NCBI RefSeq assembly: GCF_003704095.1
Contig: NW_020845457.1
Coordinates: 1 to 64,000 of the forward strand
Direction of reading: 5' to 3'
Source: Pocillopora damicornis
Taxonomy: Eukaryota
DNA: 64,000 bases
Translations under genes and position numbers: made by a program
Part shown: in pieces, positions 24,140 through 44,211 of the stretch
How positions within the stretch are numbered: the first letter of the stretch is position 1
Layout of the letters: each line of letters opens with the position of its first letter
The notes under the pieces: generated by a model
Told to the model about the DNA's origin: nothing
Database searches by the model: none
The model's input: only the letters and a program-made list of their open reading frames with translations

Positions 24140-24532
24140 TCATTGCACTAAGATGTAACCCATGGTTTTGATACCATTGTTACCGCAAGATACATCGTTG
24201 TTGTGCTTCCTACCCGAGCCAGACCCAATTCTTGAATCGCAAGTTACTAAGTTGTTCTCATTGTTTCCCAATATACCAATTCTAACTTTGCTCATATCTG
24301 ATCTATCGCTGACCATATTAAAACCCTCACTGTTGCAATTGTCTTGCAAGGAGGAGAACTTGTCAACTATGAAATTTCCATATGTCACTAGATCTCTATG
24401 ATCAGATCCTTGCGAATGAATTTCTCGCCTCAAGGCACTGCTGCCGTTAAATTGAAGGTGGCTTTTTCTTGTCTTAAAAGAAAATATAAGAAAGAGATAG
24501 AAATAGAAGACGTTTTTTGTTCGATGCGTCAT
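24140..24532 (-). pseudogene. Internally deleted intronless mini-copy F (5' half of exon 1 fused in frame to 3' half of the last exon), 130-aa ORF
   Basis: ...VTYGNFIVDKFS|[40 protein letters not shown]...MGYILVQ*; one conserved Cys and the GFG motif are altered. Confidence 0.7.
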
Positions 24533-25670
24533 GATTACACATCACGCATTTATGCGACAATTTTGTGGATTTTTAGAACCGTCTGCAAGTGTCTGGGGGC
24601 TTTTTGCGAAAAAATAGGTGCTACGTTAAACATCTGCTGCTGCTGCTTTTTGTAATTAAACAGGTTCTCTTTTCTTTCAGTAAGTTATTTTTCTTACAGC
24701 TAATATCAAAACAATTGTAAGGCTCGCTCTGTGATTGGTCACAGCGATGAAAAGCATCATTTTATCCGCTGAATTTTTACAAAACATACTTAAGGCAAAC
24801 GCAATATACACTCCGAGAAAAAGTAATGAAAACAGTACAAAGAAAACCTGAATTTCACAGCTATAGTAAGGGGATTACTCGACAAAAAACCGTTATCTTG
24901 CAGTTTAATCCTGATCGCCATGATGGATCATTTCTCTTAGATTTATGGGCTGAAACCAATGCTCTTTCAATAACCTCTGTACGTATTTACTTCTCCCCTC
25001 TGCATGTAGAAGCAGTGAAGAAGAACCACGCTTGTTTATTTCGCGAGATGTACATTTTTGATCACGGTTATGCGCAATTTCGGCACATATTTTCTTTCCT
25101 TCAATTAGTACTGGATGAACATTTTTCGAAGAAGATAAAGAAAAAATTGAAAAGTGTTAGGAGATTTGATAGACGTCTGTGACCTGTAGACATGTTCCAT
25201 AGGATACCACGCGAAAGCGTTACTTGATAGGAAACACTCAACCTCGTTTTCAGGAAGCGGCGAGAAGAGATAGCCTGGTTAACTCTCTGGTAGGCTCCTC
25301 CTTCTTTTCTGTAAGAAACCTACTGCCTTACTCCCCCCCCCCCCCACCAAAAAGAGGACTTTGATTCCGGTCTTCATTTCCGGGATGTAACGCAGTGCGT
25401 CAACCCTTCGTCAGAGCAATTGGTGAATACTCAGGTTAATATCATCATTCACCAGGAATGGGCAGCGTTTCAATGTAGAATTTATTTGCCTCAAAAAGCC
25501 TTCATGATTACGAAGTTGGCTTAGTTAGGAATGTGGGGTAAGGCTGGGCACGAATCATAATATTTGACCGGCGCATAGGGCTTAGGTAGAAGCCGCTGAT
25601 TAAATTGTATGCTCAAAAATCGCTCAAGACAAGTGATGAAGTCATTTTGTCATGTTTTTCCTGGAATTCA

Positions 25671-32423
<6,753 letters not shown>

Positions 32424-35400
32424 GGAACTGAAATGGCGCTCGATTCATGCCCTTTTCACACCCCTTATAGGAAATTGAAAATGGTTCGGAGGTAATACGA
32501 TATTCTGGGCCTGGTTGTGCAAAAGGCGGTTGGCACAATTCCATAGGAATATTGAGAGTTAACTTGTTTTCTCTTTTATTAAAATGTTCATAATGTGCTT
32601 ACGTTTTTGTGAGGTTTATCCCGTTGTGAAGCAAAACTGAATTTAATAGACAGATAACCAGGAAAACCTGAACTTACAAATGTGTAACTTATTGAAAGAT
32701 TAGTGGGTTAGTGGTATCGTTATTGACTAACCTGGCCCGAATTTCTGTTGTTTATCTGATTTGGTTTTAATTTTCTATTTCTTTGAGAGACGTGATATTT
32801 GAAATACCATGTCCAATTTCTGTGATTTTTACCAGATTGTTTTAAAAATTGAAATAACTCGAAAGACCCAATTTATTTTTATGAAACGGAATCCATAGAA
32901 AAGATGAAAGAAAGAAACAAGAAGAAACAAAACTTCTAATCTGATTTGACAAGGTTTGGAGGGAGGAGCATAAGTGTGAAGACTACAAGAAGCAGTCATT
33001 CTGTGATTCCATTTTAAATTCATTCCGTTTTGAACAAAACTTAGCTTGTAACGCTTCACAAGAAAATGAATAGCTCTAGATCCTGTGTGATCCACGCAGA
33101 CGTGTGTTATGTTTTCTGTAATTACAATTGCACCCTTGGAAGAAGTATTTGTCTGTTGGCTCGTCTGTTAACCCTGATAAGACTGATTAGCATCCAACTT
33201 CTTCAAACTGTATCGCCATAGAATGAAACTATAAGGTCATAATGAGAAAATTGATTATCGCTTACTAAATAATCCATTGATTGTTGAAGAAATTCTCCTA
33301 TTCAGCACTATGGGAAATGTACAAAGAATGCTAAGGAGAATGTACTAGGTTAGGCTTAGGATTGTTAGGGTTGACCTGATTTTGTTCTTTATTCGGGTAA
33401 CTTGAGCGAGACTGTATTCCAAAACAAGAGAAAATAAAAGAAAGAAAAAAATGAAAAGATGGCTGGGCTTCGATTCTGATCAAAATGTAGTGCGGACTTT
33501 CAAAATCCTCCCTCTCTTTAACACCATGCGTTGCTGTTGTTGTCTGTTTTTAGTTTGGGTCAGGAAATCGAGAGAAAAACGTACTAAGTCGTGCAATTTC
33601 GAAGACTGGTGCATGCACCCTGAGACGGAACATTTCTCAGAATAAAGATTTAAGCAAGAACAATGTCCCACAGGAGTGACAAGTAACTATCAAAAATCCC
33701 TGTGGCTTTACCCATTAGAAGTTCCGCTGTCTGCCACCGCTAGCTCGGCAAGCCATCTCTTCATTATTAGTTACGCATGACCAAACAGTAGTATTGCGTG
33801 ACATGCGAAATTGGCTGCCGTGCTCGAGAGTTGCACCAGATCAAAACGTCTTTGAAAGTGACAATTATTAAGGAAGAAGGTAAGAGCAGATGTGAGAAAT
33901 TTGTTATTATGCATATTATATCGCGATGTTTTGCTTCACTTTGAACCTAAACACCAGAGACGCTCGTTTGACTGATCGTTCGATGATTTCGTACATAGAC
34001 ATCCCAGACATCTCTGCTCAAAGGTTTAGTCTGGCTCGGAGACGCGATTTTATTTTGAGCATTAGGAATAAATCAGCTAGATTTTCAGGACAATATGGCA
34101 GGATAACGCAACAATTCGTCAGAGTAAATGCATTGTCTTTCCTAATATACGTATTAAAAATGATCGAGCTAGTTCATACGAATGATGTGGGTTTGTAGTT
34201 TCATAATTAAATTAAATTGCAAATGAACAGCTGTTCGCTTAAAAAAACTGGCACAATTCACTTCGATCGTTTCCTTTGAGAAAGATATTTCGATGGGAGG
34301 TTTTCCAACCGATGTGCACATGTTGAGGCAAGCAAAAGCGCAAGTCGTATGGCTTTAATAGAAATTGTGATTGTATTGCGGATATTACCTGGTAAATTGC
34401 GTACGAGATTTGTATGGTTGAGTTCTTATTTTGCCTAAAGATATCGAAATTTCTTGTGATTTCCAAAGATTTTGCCGTTGTTTAACTCGCTGATTGCATA
34501 AAAAAATTTGCATTTTATTGAGACGACTGGGGGCGTATCAACAATTCTCATTGGCTTATTTGCTCATTGGGGTATTTTAATGAGGCGAGTGCACAGACCC
34601 GTGTCGATGAGTTACTTATGTTTACAGCCAAATATTGCTACATTCAAAGTTCTTGCCATTTCCCATGCTAAAACGTCTGTTTTTTTTCCCTATTATATCG
34701 ACAGTCAAGTGCTGGAAAATGGGAAATTTAAAATCCGCTTTCGTGCTCAGGGTTTTTTCACCATCAGTATTAGTTTTCAATAGATAGTTGGTTTTTATTT
34801 CCGATGTCCCCTTCTCTTTCCTCAGCTAGCGATCAATCGATCGATTGAAATTAAAAAGTTACCGATTTCGATCGCGAAGTTATAGAATACGAAGTATATT
34901 TGAAACAACGATCTCGGAAGGCACTTTTGTCTCATACAGCCACAGATTACGCAACGTAAATCTTGACATTTATTTTAGGAAAATTCCTGTTGTTTCATAA
35001 TTATCACTTCAACTCGTCTATTGTGTGACATTGCGCAATCAGTCAGGTCACTTACTCTATACACCTAACATCAGTCAGCTCTCTATACATTTTTAAGGTG
35101 CTGACAATGAGACTGTTTACCTATCAATAGCGCATTTGGTTCGAGATCAATTTATTCTTATTTCACATCCTATATCAGGGCTGAGTTCGAGCACTAAAAC
35201 ATCACAGAATAGTCAAGCAATGTGGTAAATGGAATAGGGTGCTTAAGAAACTTTGGTCAAATGGCAATTTTTAAAAAATAACTTGTATTGCATCACCTGG
35301 ATCTCCCGGCTCAAGCCCGACCCATCTTTTCTAAGACATCCAGAAAAGATTTTGAACTATGACCAAATTTTTGTCGCTGTTCGTTGGAATGTTGCAATTC

Positions 35401-35722
35401 CAAGGAAAGAGGGTAAAATGAAATAATTGAAAAAGACCCGACTAATTAATCCTTTATAATTGAATCGTCGACGAAGACGAAAAAAAAAATCAATATGCAT
35501 GAATTTTTCCTTATCAGGTAATGGTTGATTTCAGATACATCTACAGAAATGATTCATATCAGTCGAATTACAACGCTTATTAATTTCTCTGCGTTTACGT
35601 GTGCTTTCAGCGCCAAGTTCTTGTGATAGTGATGTCATATCCATATTTACGTGTTGCCTTCGAGCGTTGCACCTTTGTTTAATAGTAGAATTTTTTTTCC
35701 ATGTAGCAATACTGGTTTAATC

Positions 35723-37512
35723 ATGCCCAACGAAAAGGATTTCGCTTCCCTGTTCCAGACTGTTGATGAACATCCTGAACCAATCAATGCAGAGGTAAAG
35801 GGTAACCTCCCCTCCTGGCTGAGGGGAACCTTACTCAGAAATGGACCAGGTAAATTCGAGTGCGGCGACACTTCGTTTAAGCACCTGTTTGATGCCCAAG
35901 CACTTCTCCACCGTTTCCACATAGAAGATGGACATGTGACCTACAGCAACAGGTTCATAAGAAGTGAAAGCTACGCCGATTCTCTAAAACGCGGGGACTC
36001 CATTCATATGCAGTTCGGCACTTTTATACCCCCAGACCCGTGCCAGAACATCTTCTCCCGTTTGTTCTCGTGGTTTTGGAAAGAGGAAATCGGCAGGGAT
36101 AACACTCTTGTCAATGTGTTTCCTATCAAAGGCAAGACTTACGCAGCGACCGAGACAAATTTCATCTATGAGATCGACCCCAAAACCTTGGAAACTTTGA
36201 AGAGGGTCGACCTCCTAAAGGAGTTTCCAGGTAATGACATAAACCAAAAGCTATGTTCTATGAGTTTGGCTCCTTTGTTTCATACTCTTTCAAGATTAGG
36301 TCGACCTGACTAACTTTATTGTACAATGACAATGGTGATGGCGAAGGCGTCGGCAATGATTGAGGTTGGCCTGTCCTTTTACTGATTCATTACATGCTGG
36401 TCTTAAATTTAAAGTAGACTACGATTCAATCAATCGTTATCAATTAATTATTCTAAATGTTCAATTGGCTTTTCTTCTATCAATCAGCTGACGTAAAGAT
36501 CAATTCTGCGACAGCCCATCCTCACGTAACCCCAGACAAATCAGTGATCAACATCTCTGCCACGTATGGTCGAACTTCCACCTACAACATTATTCAAATA
36601 CCACCATCCTCTGAAAAACCAGACGAGCGTCCTTTGGAAGGAGGTAAGGTCCTTTGTTCCATCCCAGCCACAAACGGGCTCGGCTACATGCACAGTTTCT
36701 GCATCACAGAAAATTATTTCGTAATTACCGAACAGCCACTCGTTCTGGATTTATGGCGGGCTATAACCCACAGGTTTTCTGGATCTTGTCCTGCGGACTT
36801 TCTATGCTGGGATCCAGACAGACTCACCAAGTTTCACGTGGTCGACAGAGAAAGTGGAACGCGTGTTGGTGTCTTCACAGCGGATCCATTTTTGGTGTTT
36901 CACCACATCAACGCGTTCGAAAAAGACGGCAAGATTTTTTTGGACGGTTGTTGCTTTCACGACGACTCAATTATTCGTCAAGTGTATCTTATTAACCTGC
37001 GTTCCACCAATCAAGAAGAACAAAAGAAGTATGACGTCGCTGAGGTTCGCCGGTACGAGCTACCACTGAAAGAGCTTGGAAACGAGGAGGTAGAAAAACC
37101 TCTCCCCAAAGGAGCTGACGGACTGGACTACACTTTGCTGTATACTGGATTGGAACTACCGCAATTTAATTACGCAGAGAAAAACGGCAAGCCATACAAG
37201 ATTGTCTATGGCTTGTTACCAAATCCAGATGATCCATTTGGTCAACTGGGGAAACTGAATGTTGAGACGAAGGAAATCCTTAAGTGGGAGAAGCCTGGGA
37301 GTCAACCTTCGGAGCCTGTGTTTGTTAAAGCTCCTGATGGGAAGAACGAAGATGACGGTGTGGTGCTGTCATGCGTGATAAACGTCTCTGACCAGACTAC
37401 CTCTCTGCTGATGTTGGACGCGAAAGATTTTAAAGAGCTGGGTCGTGCTGTGGCCAAAGTGGTGTCTCCAATGTCATTCCATGGAATTTTTCAGCATGAA
37501 CAAGGACTATAA
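35723..37512 (+). CDS. Carotenoid oxygenase (BCO1/BCO2/RPE65 family) #1, ~510 aa; exons 35723-36230, 36488-37512
   Basis: G.LP.WL.GTLLRNGPG, PDPCQNIF, four Fe-ligand His (TAHPH, YMHSF, FHHINAFE, SFHGIF), PSEPVFV, EDDGVVLS. Confidence 0.93.
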
Positions 37513-40500
37513 CTACTGGACTGAATTTTTTCCCTCCAAGATGATTCTCTCTTGTTCTAGATGGAAAAAAAACTTTACACATAGATTTTTGAGAAATGAC
37601 AGAGTTTAAATATGCAAAATCTGTCTGTGATATGATCTGAAGCGTAATACTGCAGATATATTTCTTGATTTTCTTATGGGGTGAGTTTATTAAACTAATC
37701 CCAGCTCCAACCATGAGTCCTGGAAGGTTCTCTCGATGGAAATTTAGATAGAAAATCAGGTATTGAAAGTCACACGTGCGATTTCTTTAATTAAATCAAT
37801 CTCCAAGGGTTATTGTTAATTGTTGTCAAATAACGTGCAAAAAAACTATACAAGAACAAAGACAACAAGGACGTAACAAGAACAATATCAATGATCATTA
37901 CCTTCCATAATTTTAGAGGTGGGTCGACCCACCAATAGCTAATGCTAATTTTGAAGGGCCGGGCTACTTTTATTAAAAGTTACTTGATTTTATTGGATCA
38001 AAAAAATACAACTGCGCGCGCCAGCAGAGAAGAAAACAAAACTCGATGGTGATGGGTGAGACTTAATCAGTTGAATAGTCATAATAATGTTTCTTTCTTT
38101 AACTCCCTCTTTCCTTTTTTTNNNNNNNNNNNNNNNNNNNNNNNNNNNNNNNNNNNNNNNNNNNNNNNNNNNNNNNNNNNNNNNNNNNNNNNNNNNNNNN
38201 NNNNNNNNNNNNNNNNNNNNNTTGCTTCGAAATTCGAAAGGTACCAGTCAGTGTTAGCTAACTAAAGCACACGTACTATAATAGTGCACACTGTTGGCTT
38301 TTTATTACACTTTCTTACCAGATTAGTTCGCCATAAATGCGTTTTTTTTTAAGGGTTCTGAGCGTTTGAAGGCGGTAATAAGAGCTCTTAGAAGCGGTAA
38401 ATTTTACCGGTTACCGCCTGATAAGGAGAACCCTGCTGTTCATGGTCCAATACAAGGCGGTGCAAATGTTTCTAAGGACTCTCTATGCCCATTACATGAA
38501 CACATACTTAAATCTAAATAAGGAACGAGAAGGACTTCAGCAGTGCTTAGAAGTTCAAGTAGGGAACGGAACATCAGGAATATCCGCTGCCTCAAAGGTA
38601 AGTCGTAACCTTTAGCTTCTTTCGATGTGCTCTGTAACGATTTTTTAATTACTGAAAGGGTTGAACCTATGATGCAGTTTAAGGAGTGAAACGAAGGTAG
38701 CGAGTTTAACCGAGTCTAATTCCATAATAACGTACGTAGAAATGCTCATTTGTTACACTGTAAAATCATTGTTTTGCCTCGAGGTATTACGACCGAAATT
38801 ATTAATATAGTGATGTAATGGCATTCCCTCAGTAGTTTAAATTTCTTTTCTAGCCGTAATCTACGATAGACTGCTATGATGCAAAATACAATATCATGAC
38901 TAGCACCGTCAAACGCAATAGGATTATCTATGCAAATTTTTGTGACAAATACAATTTCGACAACAACAACACTCATTATGCATCCACCTGAAAGCTCGTT
39001 CAAGCTTCAACCCCAATTTTCTTATCTTTCCCCTTTTTAGTTGCTTTTTTAACGCGATTCAATTCATAACACCATGAAAAAGTCCACAGAGACTAAACGA
39101 GTTAGTTCGCGTTAAACTTCTACTTTTAGCATTAGCAACGATATCAATTTTGCCCTGCATTCGCCCCAACGAGAATGTGACGAGATCTCGCTTTCTAGTT
39201 CCAGCATGGCTAATATTTGTAGATCGTAAGAACTCCGATTCTTTAGCGACTGATTAACGCGTTTGTCATCCTGAAAAGTTTATTCGCATCTTTCGTTGAT
39301 TTGTCGTAAATAGCGTTTGTATTTGCAAAGGGTTCTTGTTGTCATAACCTTTTACGCGTGACCTGGTGCTAATTTAAAGAAATGACCCTGACGCGCACGT
39401 GCAACGTTTCTAGTTCACGGCAGGGAAATGCATTTCATGCACAAAATACATGTAGTGACTTGTGCACGAAATTTTTATGAGTTCTCCACGTTAACTTCCT
39501 TTAGTTTGTCATTCCATGTTTTATTTTTTTGGTCTTTGAGGAGAATAAAATTTCTATACCTGTTACGTAACGTTGAACGAATAATTTTATCCTTAGCAGG
39601 AGCCCATTTCTCCTGTCCTTAGTAAGGATTTCTTCTAATAATTGCAGTTCTTTCTTTCTTCTTTCGATAATTTAGCATTTATGACGAGAAACATCTTTCG
39701 GCCGTGTCAGTTTAAAATTTTACATTTTGTCGATATTCAGATCACGTGTAAATCACGCGATTACGACTTTAACAATGTTCTCATCAACCGCCGTTCTCGA
39801 TGAGTTGATAACAAACTCTTGGCCTGTCCGATTTTTCAGTGATTTAGATTAAGTGAAATTTAAAATGGCATTAATTCTGATATAGCGAAAATTTCATGTG
39901 GGTAAAATATCACTTTAATATTTGCAGTGTTGGATGGGAAGCACATTCTCTATCGTCACGCGTTCCACTTGTCACGTTTGAAATCACGTGCTCACTCAGC
40001 CGGCAAGCAGTCTGTGAGGAACGTTAAGGTCTGCAAGTCCTTGCAGACTTTGCTTTAGGGCTTTTATCACCTACTCGCGAACGAAGAAACGCTAATATAA
40101 AGAGGGCTGCTTGCACGCACGCTTATGCTCACACACAAATATCTCTTGTTTAAAAGTTTTAATAAGATTACAACCTTGAGATAAAAGAAAAAATAGGAGC
40201 GAAAGACCCATCACAGCTGCAAATTTGCTAAGAACCTTAATTGTGAGAGACAGCTAGCTAGGGAATTCAAGCACAGGGGTTTTCCTTGAAACGCTGTTGG
40301 TGACCGTAAGGCGAATGCGATTGCCCCGTTTTATGCGCACTATAACACCTATTAATCTGTTGGAAAGGCAATTTTTTTAGCAGCAAAAGAAAAACACCAA
40401 AGATTCGCTCTAAGCTCTGGGATAAAGCCCTCAGAACTATCGCCTACCCTTCTTTTCACTGAATTGAGTTAGAAATCGTGAAATGTCTCCTTCCGTTTGA

Positions 40501-40625
40501 ACAAACAATTCAGTACTATCTCTTTTATGCGTGATCATTTTTACGAAAATTCTTTTTTACGAAAAATTTTTTTCACTATAAATGGTATAACCTATTGTTT
40601 CTCAGGCGTTTCCACCGTTCTACCC

Positions 40626-42389
40626 ATGACCGAATCGCAAGACATCTCTCCCTTGTTCCAAACTGCTGATGAGCAATCTGAGCCAATCAAAGCAGAAGTT
40701 AAAGGTAACCTCCCCTCATGGCTGACCGGGACCATGATAAGGAATGGACCTGGTAGATTCGAGTGTGGTGACACGTCGTTTAATCACTGGTTTGATGGCC
40801 AAGGTCTGCTACACAGCTTTCACATACAAGATGGTCACGTGACTTACAGCTCCAAGTTTGTACGAAGCGAAAGTTATGCAGACACAAAGAAACGCAAAAA
40901 CTCCATTCATCTCGAATTCGGCTCTTTTATTGCCCCAGATCCCTGCCAGAATATCTACGACCGTTTTGTGTCGAAGTTTTGGATGAGTGAAGTGCCTTTT
41001 GACAACGCATTTGATTCCGTGTTTACCTTGAAGGACAGAGTCTTTGCAGCAGCTGATTCCAACATCATATTTGAAATTGATCCCAAGACCTTGGACACTT
41101 TAGATAAGGTCGATTTTGCCAAAGAGTTTCCAGGTAAAATGAGCATTTCTTGGTAAACAGTTTGTATTAATCAGTTAAATATTTATTACTCTTTCTGTTG
41201 GTCAATATAAGGTTTGAAGGTGAATGCACTGCTTCCATAAAATAAAACTCTTTCTCTTACTGACATTTTAGATTTGGCCAATCAGAGAGCCGTTAGGTCT
41301 CGGTTATTTCTTTGTATGTTGATCTGTCCCATTCTACTTTTGAATAACTACTTACCGTAGTTGTTTGTCCCACAAGGTGACGCCAAGATCAAATTCACCA
41401 CAGCACATCCCCAACACACTGAGGATGGTTCACTTATCAACATCTCCGTGACACACGCTAAAGACTCTATGTACGATATCATAGAAATCCCAGCCTCCAA
41501 GACGGGAAAGGACGAGCATCCTCTGGAGGGGGGTAAATTGATTTGCTCGATCCCACCCACCAACGGAGTTGGGTATATCCACAGTTTTTGCATCACCGAG
41601 AACTATATCGTGGTTCCTGAAGCACCACTGGTACTGAATTTGTGGGAAGCTTACGTTCACCGGTTAAAGGAGAGTGGTGTCGTTGATTGGTTCCAGTGGA
41701 TAGAAAATGAACGTGGCAGATTCCATGTTGTCGACAGGAAGAAAGGTACTCACGTTGGAATATTTACAGCTGATCCGTTTTTTACGTTCCATCAGGTCAA
41801 CGCTTTCGAAAGGGACGGGAATATTTATGTAGACACTTGCTGTTTCCATGATCACACAATCATCAAACAGACATACTTGCATAACATGCGATCCACCATA
41901 ATCCCAGGGGTAAAGAAGCTCGATATCCCTGACATTCGACGCTACGAGCTTCCTCTCAAAGACCTCGGAGATGTAAAGTATGGAAAGCCCCTTGAGAGAG
42001 GACCTGACGGCCTGGATTATACTATTCTACATGCCGGCGTGGAATTTCCAATTATTAACGACACAGAAAAGAATGGCAAGCCCTACAGTTTTTTCTATGG
42101 TGTAGGAGCTGATGATCAAAAGTGGTTTAGTCACCTGGTGAAGGTGAATACAGAGACCAAAGAGTATATCACGTGGGGAGAGCCTGGAGGTTTTGCGTCA
42201 GAGCCTGTATTTGTCAAAGCGCCTGATGGGAAAGATGAAGATGACGGTGTGGTGCTGTCATGCGTAATAAACATCCCAGAGGAGACCACCTACCTTTTGG
42301 TGCTGGATGGTAAAGAATTCAAGGAATTGGGGCGAGGTGTAGTAAAAGGAATTACACCAATGAGCTTCCACACCGGCTTCTTCAAATAG
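40626..42389 (+). CDS. Carotenoid oxygenase (BCO1/BCO2/RPE65 family) #2, ~506 aa; exons 40626-41133, 41377-42389
   Basis: RNGPG, HWFDG, PDPCQNIY, four His (TAHPQ, YIHSF, FHQVNAFE, SFHTGF); same intron position as #1. Confidence 0.93.
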
Positions 42390-44211
42390 AACATAAACTC
42401 GTATGTTATCACCTGGCTAAGCATTAAATGGATCGTGGTCTACTTTTGTAGAACTTGTAGAGCTCCATTTAGCCCATCCTACTTTACTAAGTTGAGAAGC
42501 CGTAGGAATGATTTATTTCAGTATAATTGTTCAGGTGATTATCGAGATACGCGCACTTTGATTGATTGCGGATTGCTTCATATCTCGCGATAGTCACCAC
42601 TCGCGCAAGTTGTTTGATATTAAAGCATAGAGTCGGATCAAACAGCTGAAATAAAATTTTTGTCTGTCCCAATGAATGTTAGGCTATTGCTTTGGCAGTT
42701 GTAACTAGTAGCTAGTAGCTATCAGAGTGCGATATCCTGGAATTCTCCGACGCAGGAGACAGTAGCCAAGAAGTCTCAAAATTTGGTTATGTGTGTTTTA
42801 ATGAAAACTAAAGTTTTACAAGGTCTTCGCACGATCACGATCAAAGGCTATCTAAAATATCGACGTTTCGGATTGACAACTTATTGGGAGTGTACTTCCT
42901 GTCATTTTACATATATCTGGGCTGAAAGATTACATAATTGCGTAATGTGTGCCCTAGTCCCCGCCATGCGATATAGAATTCTAAGATCTTATTTACTTAT
43001 TTACTGTATCGCAATTTGTTTTTTATCACAACCTCTAATCAAATCTTCTAATGCCAAATCTGCAATCTTCATTTTGCTCTGTAATGGGCGTGGGATTTGT
43101 TACCAACTAAATTTTATTTTTAGCTTGTATTATGTAAACAGGTTTCTCTACAACGGTCATGGTCAACCCACACTTTATTATAGTTACAGCTTTGGAAATG
43201 TGCGTGCCTTACATTTTAGAATATTTTAATGTTGTTCCATACAGATACCTTTTATATTAACCAAGTCGCTTTCGAAGTCGTATTAATTGTGTCGGAAAAG
43301 ATATGGCTGCATCTTTAACAGATTCGCTCAATTTTTTAAGGTCTTTTATTAAGTTAGAATCTCATTAAATGGCTAAGGTACATACTTGCTGATAATTTGT
43401 GCTTTACTAAAGAATTTGTTGTCAATTTATTCGTTCACTCCTTTTGATAATTGGAACAGTATCCAAGGAGGCAACAACAAATTAAAACAAAAAGAAACAC
43501 ATAAAAAAATCCAAGATTGAAATTATGAAGATATGTTGGTGGAAAGCAATTATAGTTTTCTGAACGCAGGCTTTCTCTTCTCAAAGTTTTCAACATGAAA
43601 TAAGTCGCTTTGTTGGTTTTGTTGACAGTTTGCTAGTTTGTCCATCTTTTGCCTCGTAATTGGGAAATCTGAATGGCTCGTAAAATCGTTCGATTATATT
43701 ACACACAAAAAAAGCTCAAAGAAAACAAACAGAATAACATCTTACCTTTAAATGATTCTATGTAACATGCAGTCACGTGATGATAATTACGCTCTCTGCA
43801 ATAATATATATCACTGGAAAGGATTATTAACATTAGACCTCACTAACATATGTTACGCAAGCTTTATTTACTTCTTTATTTACTTCTGATAATATCATTA
43901 CTAATATTTTTTCAAGAGATTAAAAACTGAGAGAACCTATCCGCGTGACCCACGATTTTTTTTTTAAAGTCAGTATTTAAATTTCGCGCCACGCTGGGAA
44001 ACAACTCTTTTTTTATACCTCCCATGATTACGTGTTAAACGGTCTCGATACCATCCACCTGTACGGTTTTTCAAAAATTGAGGTATGGCTTCAAGGCTAA
44101 ACAAGGTTACGGAGTTAACACATTTCGATCAAATAATAATAAGTTACTTGAGGAGTGTCTAGTTCACGAATGCTTTGGAAATGTTAGCAACATATCCTTC
44201 CTTTGTGGCTC

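Noticed and set aside
42783-43229. 148-aa plus-strand ORF
   Set aside because: Non-ATG start, no motif, AT-rich sequence downstream of the oxygenase gene
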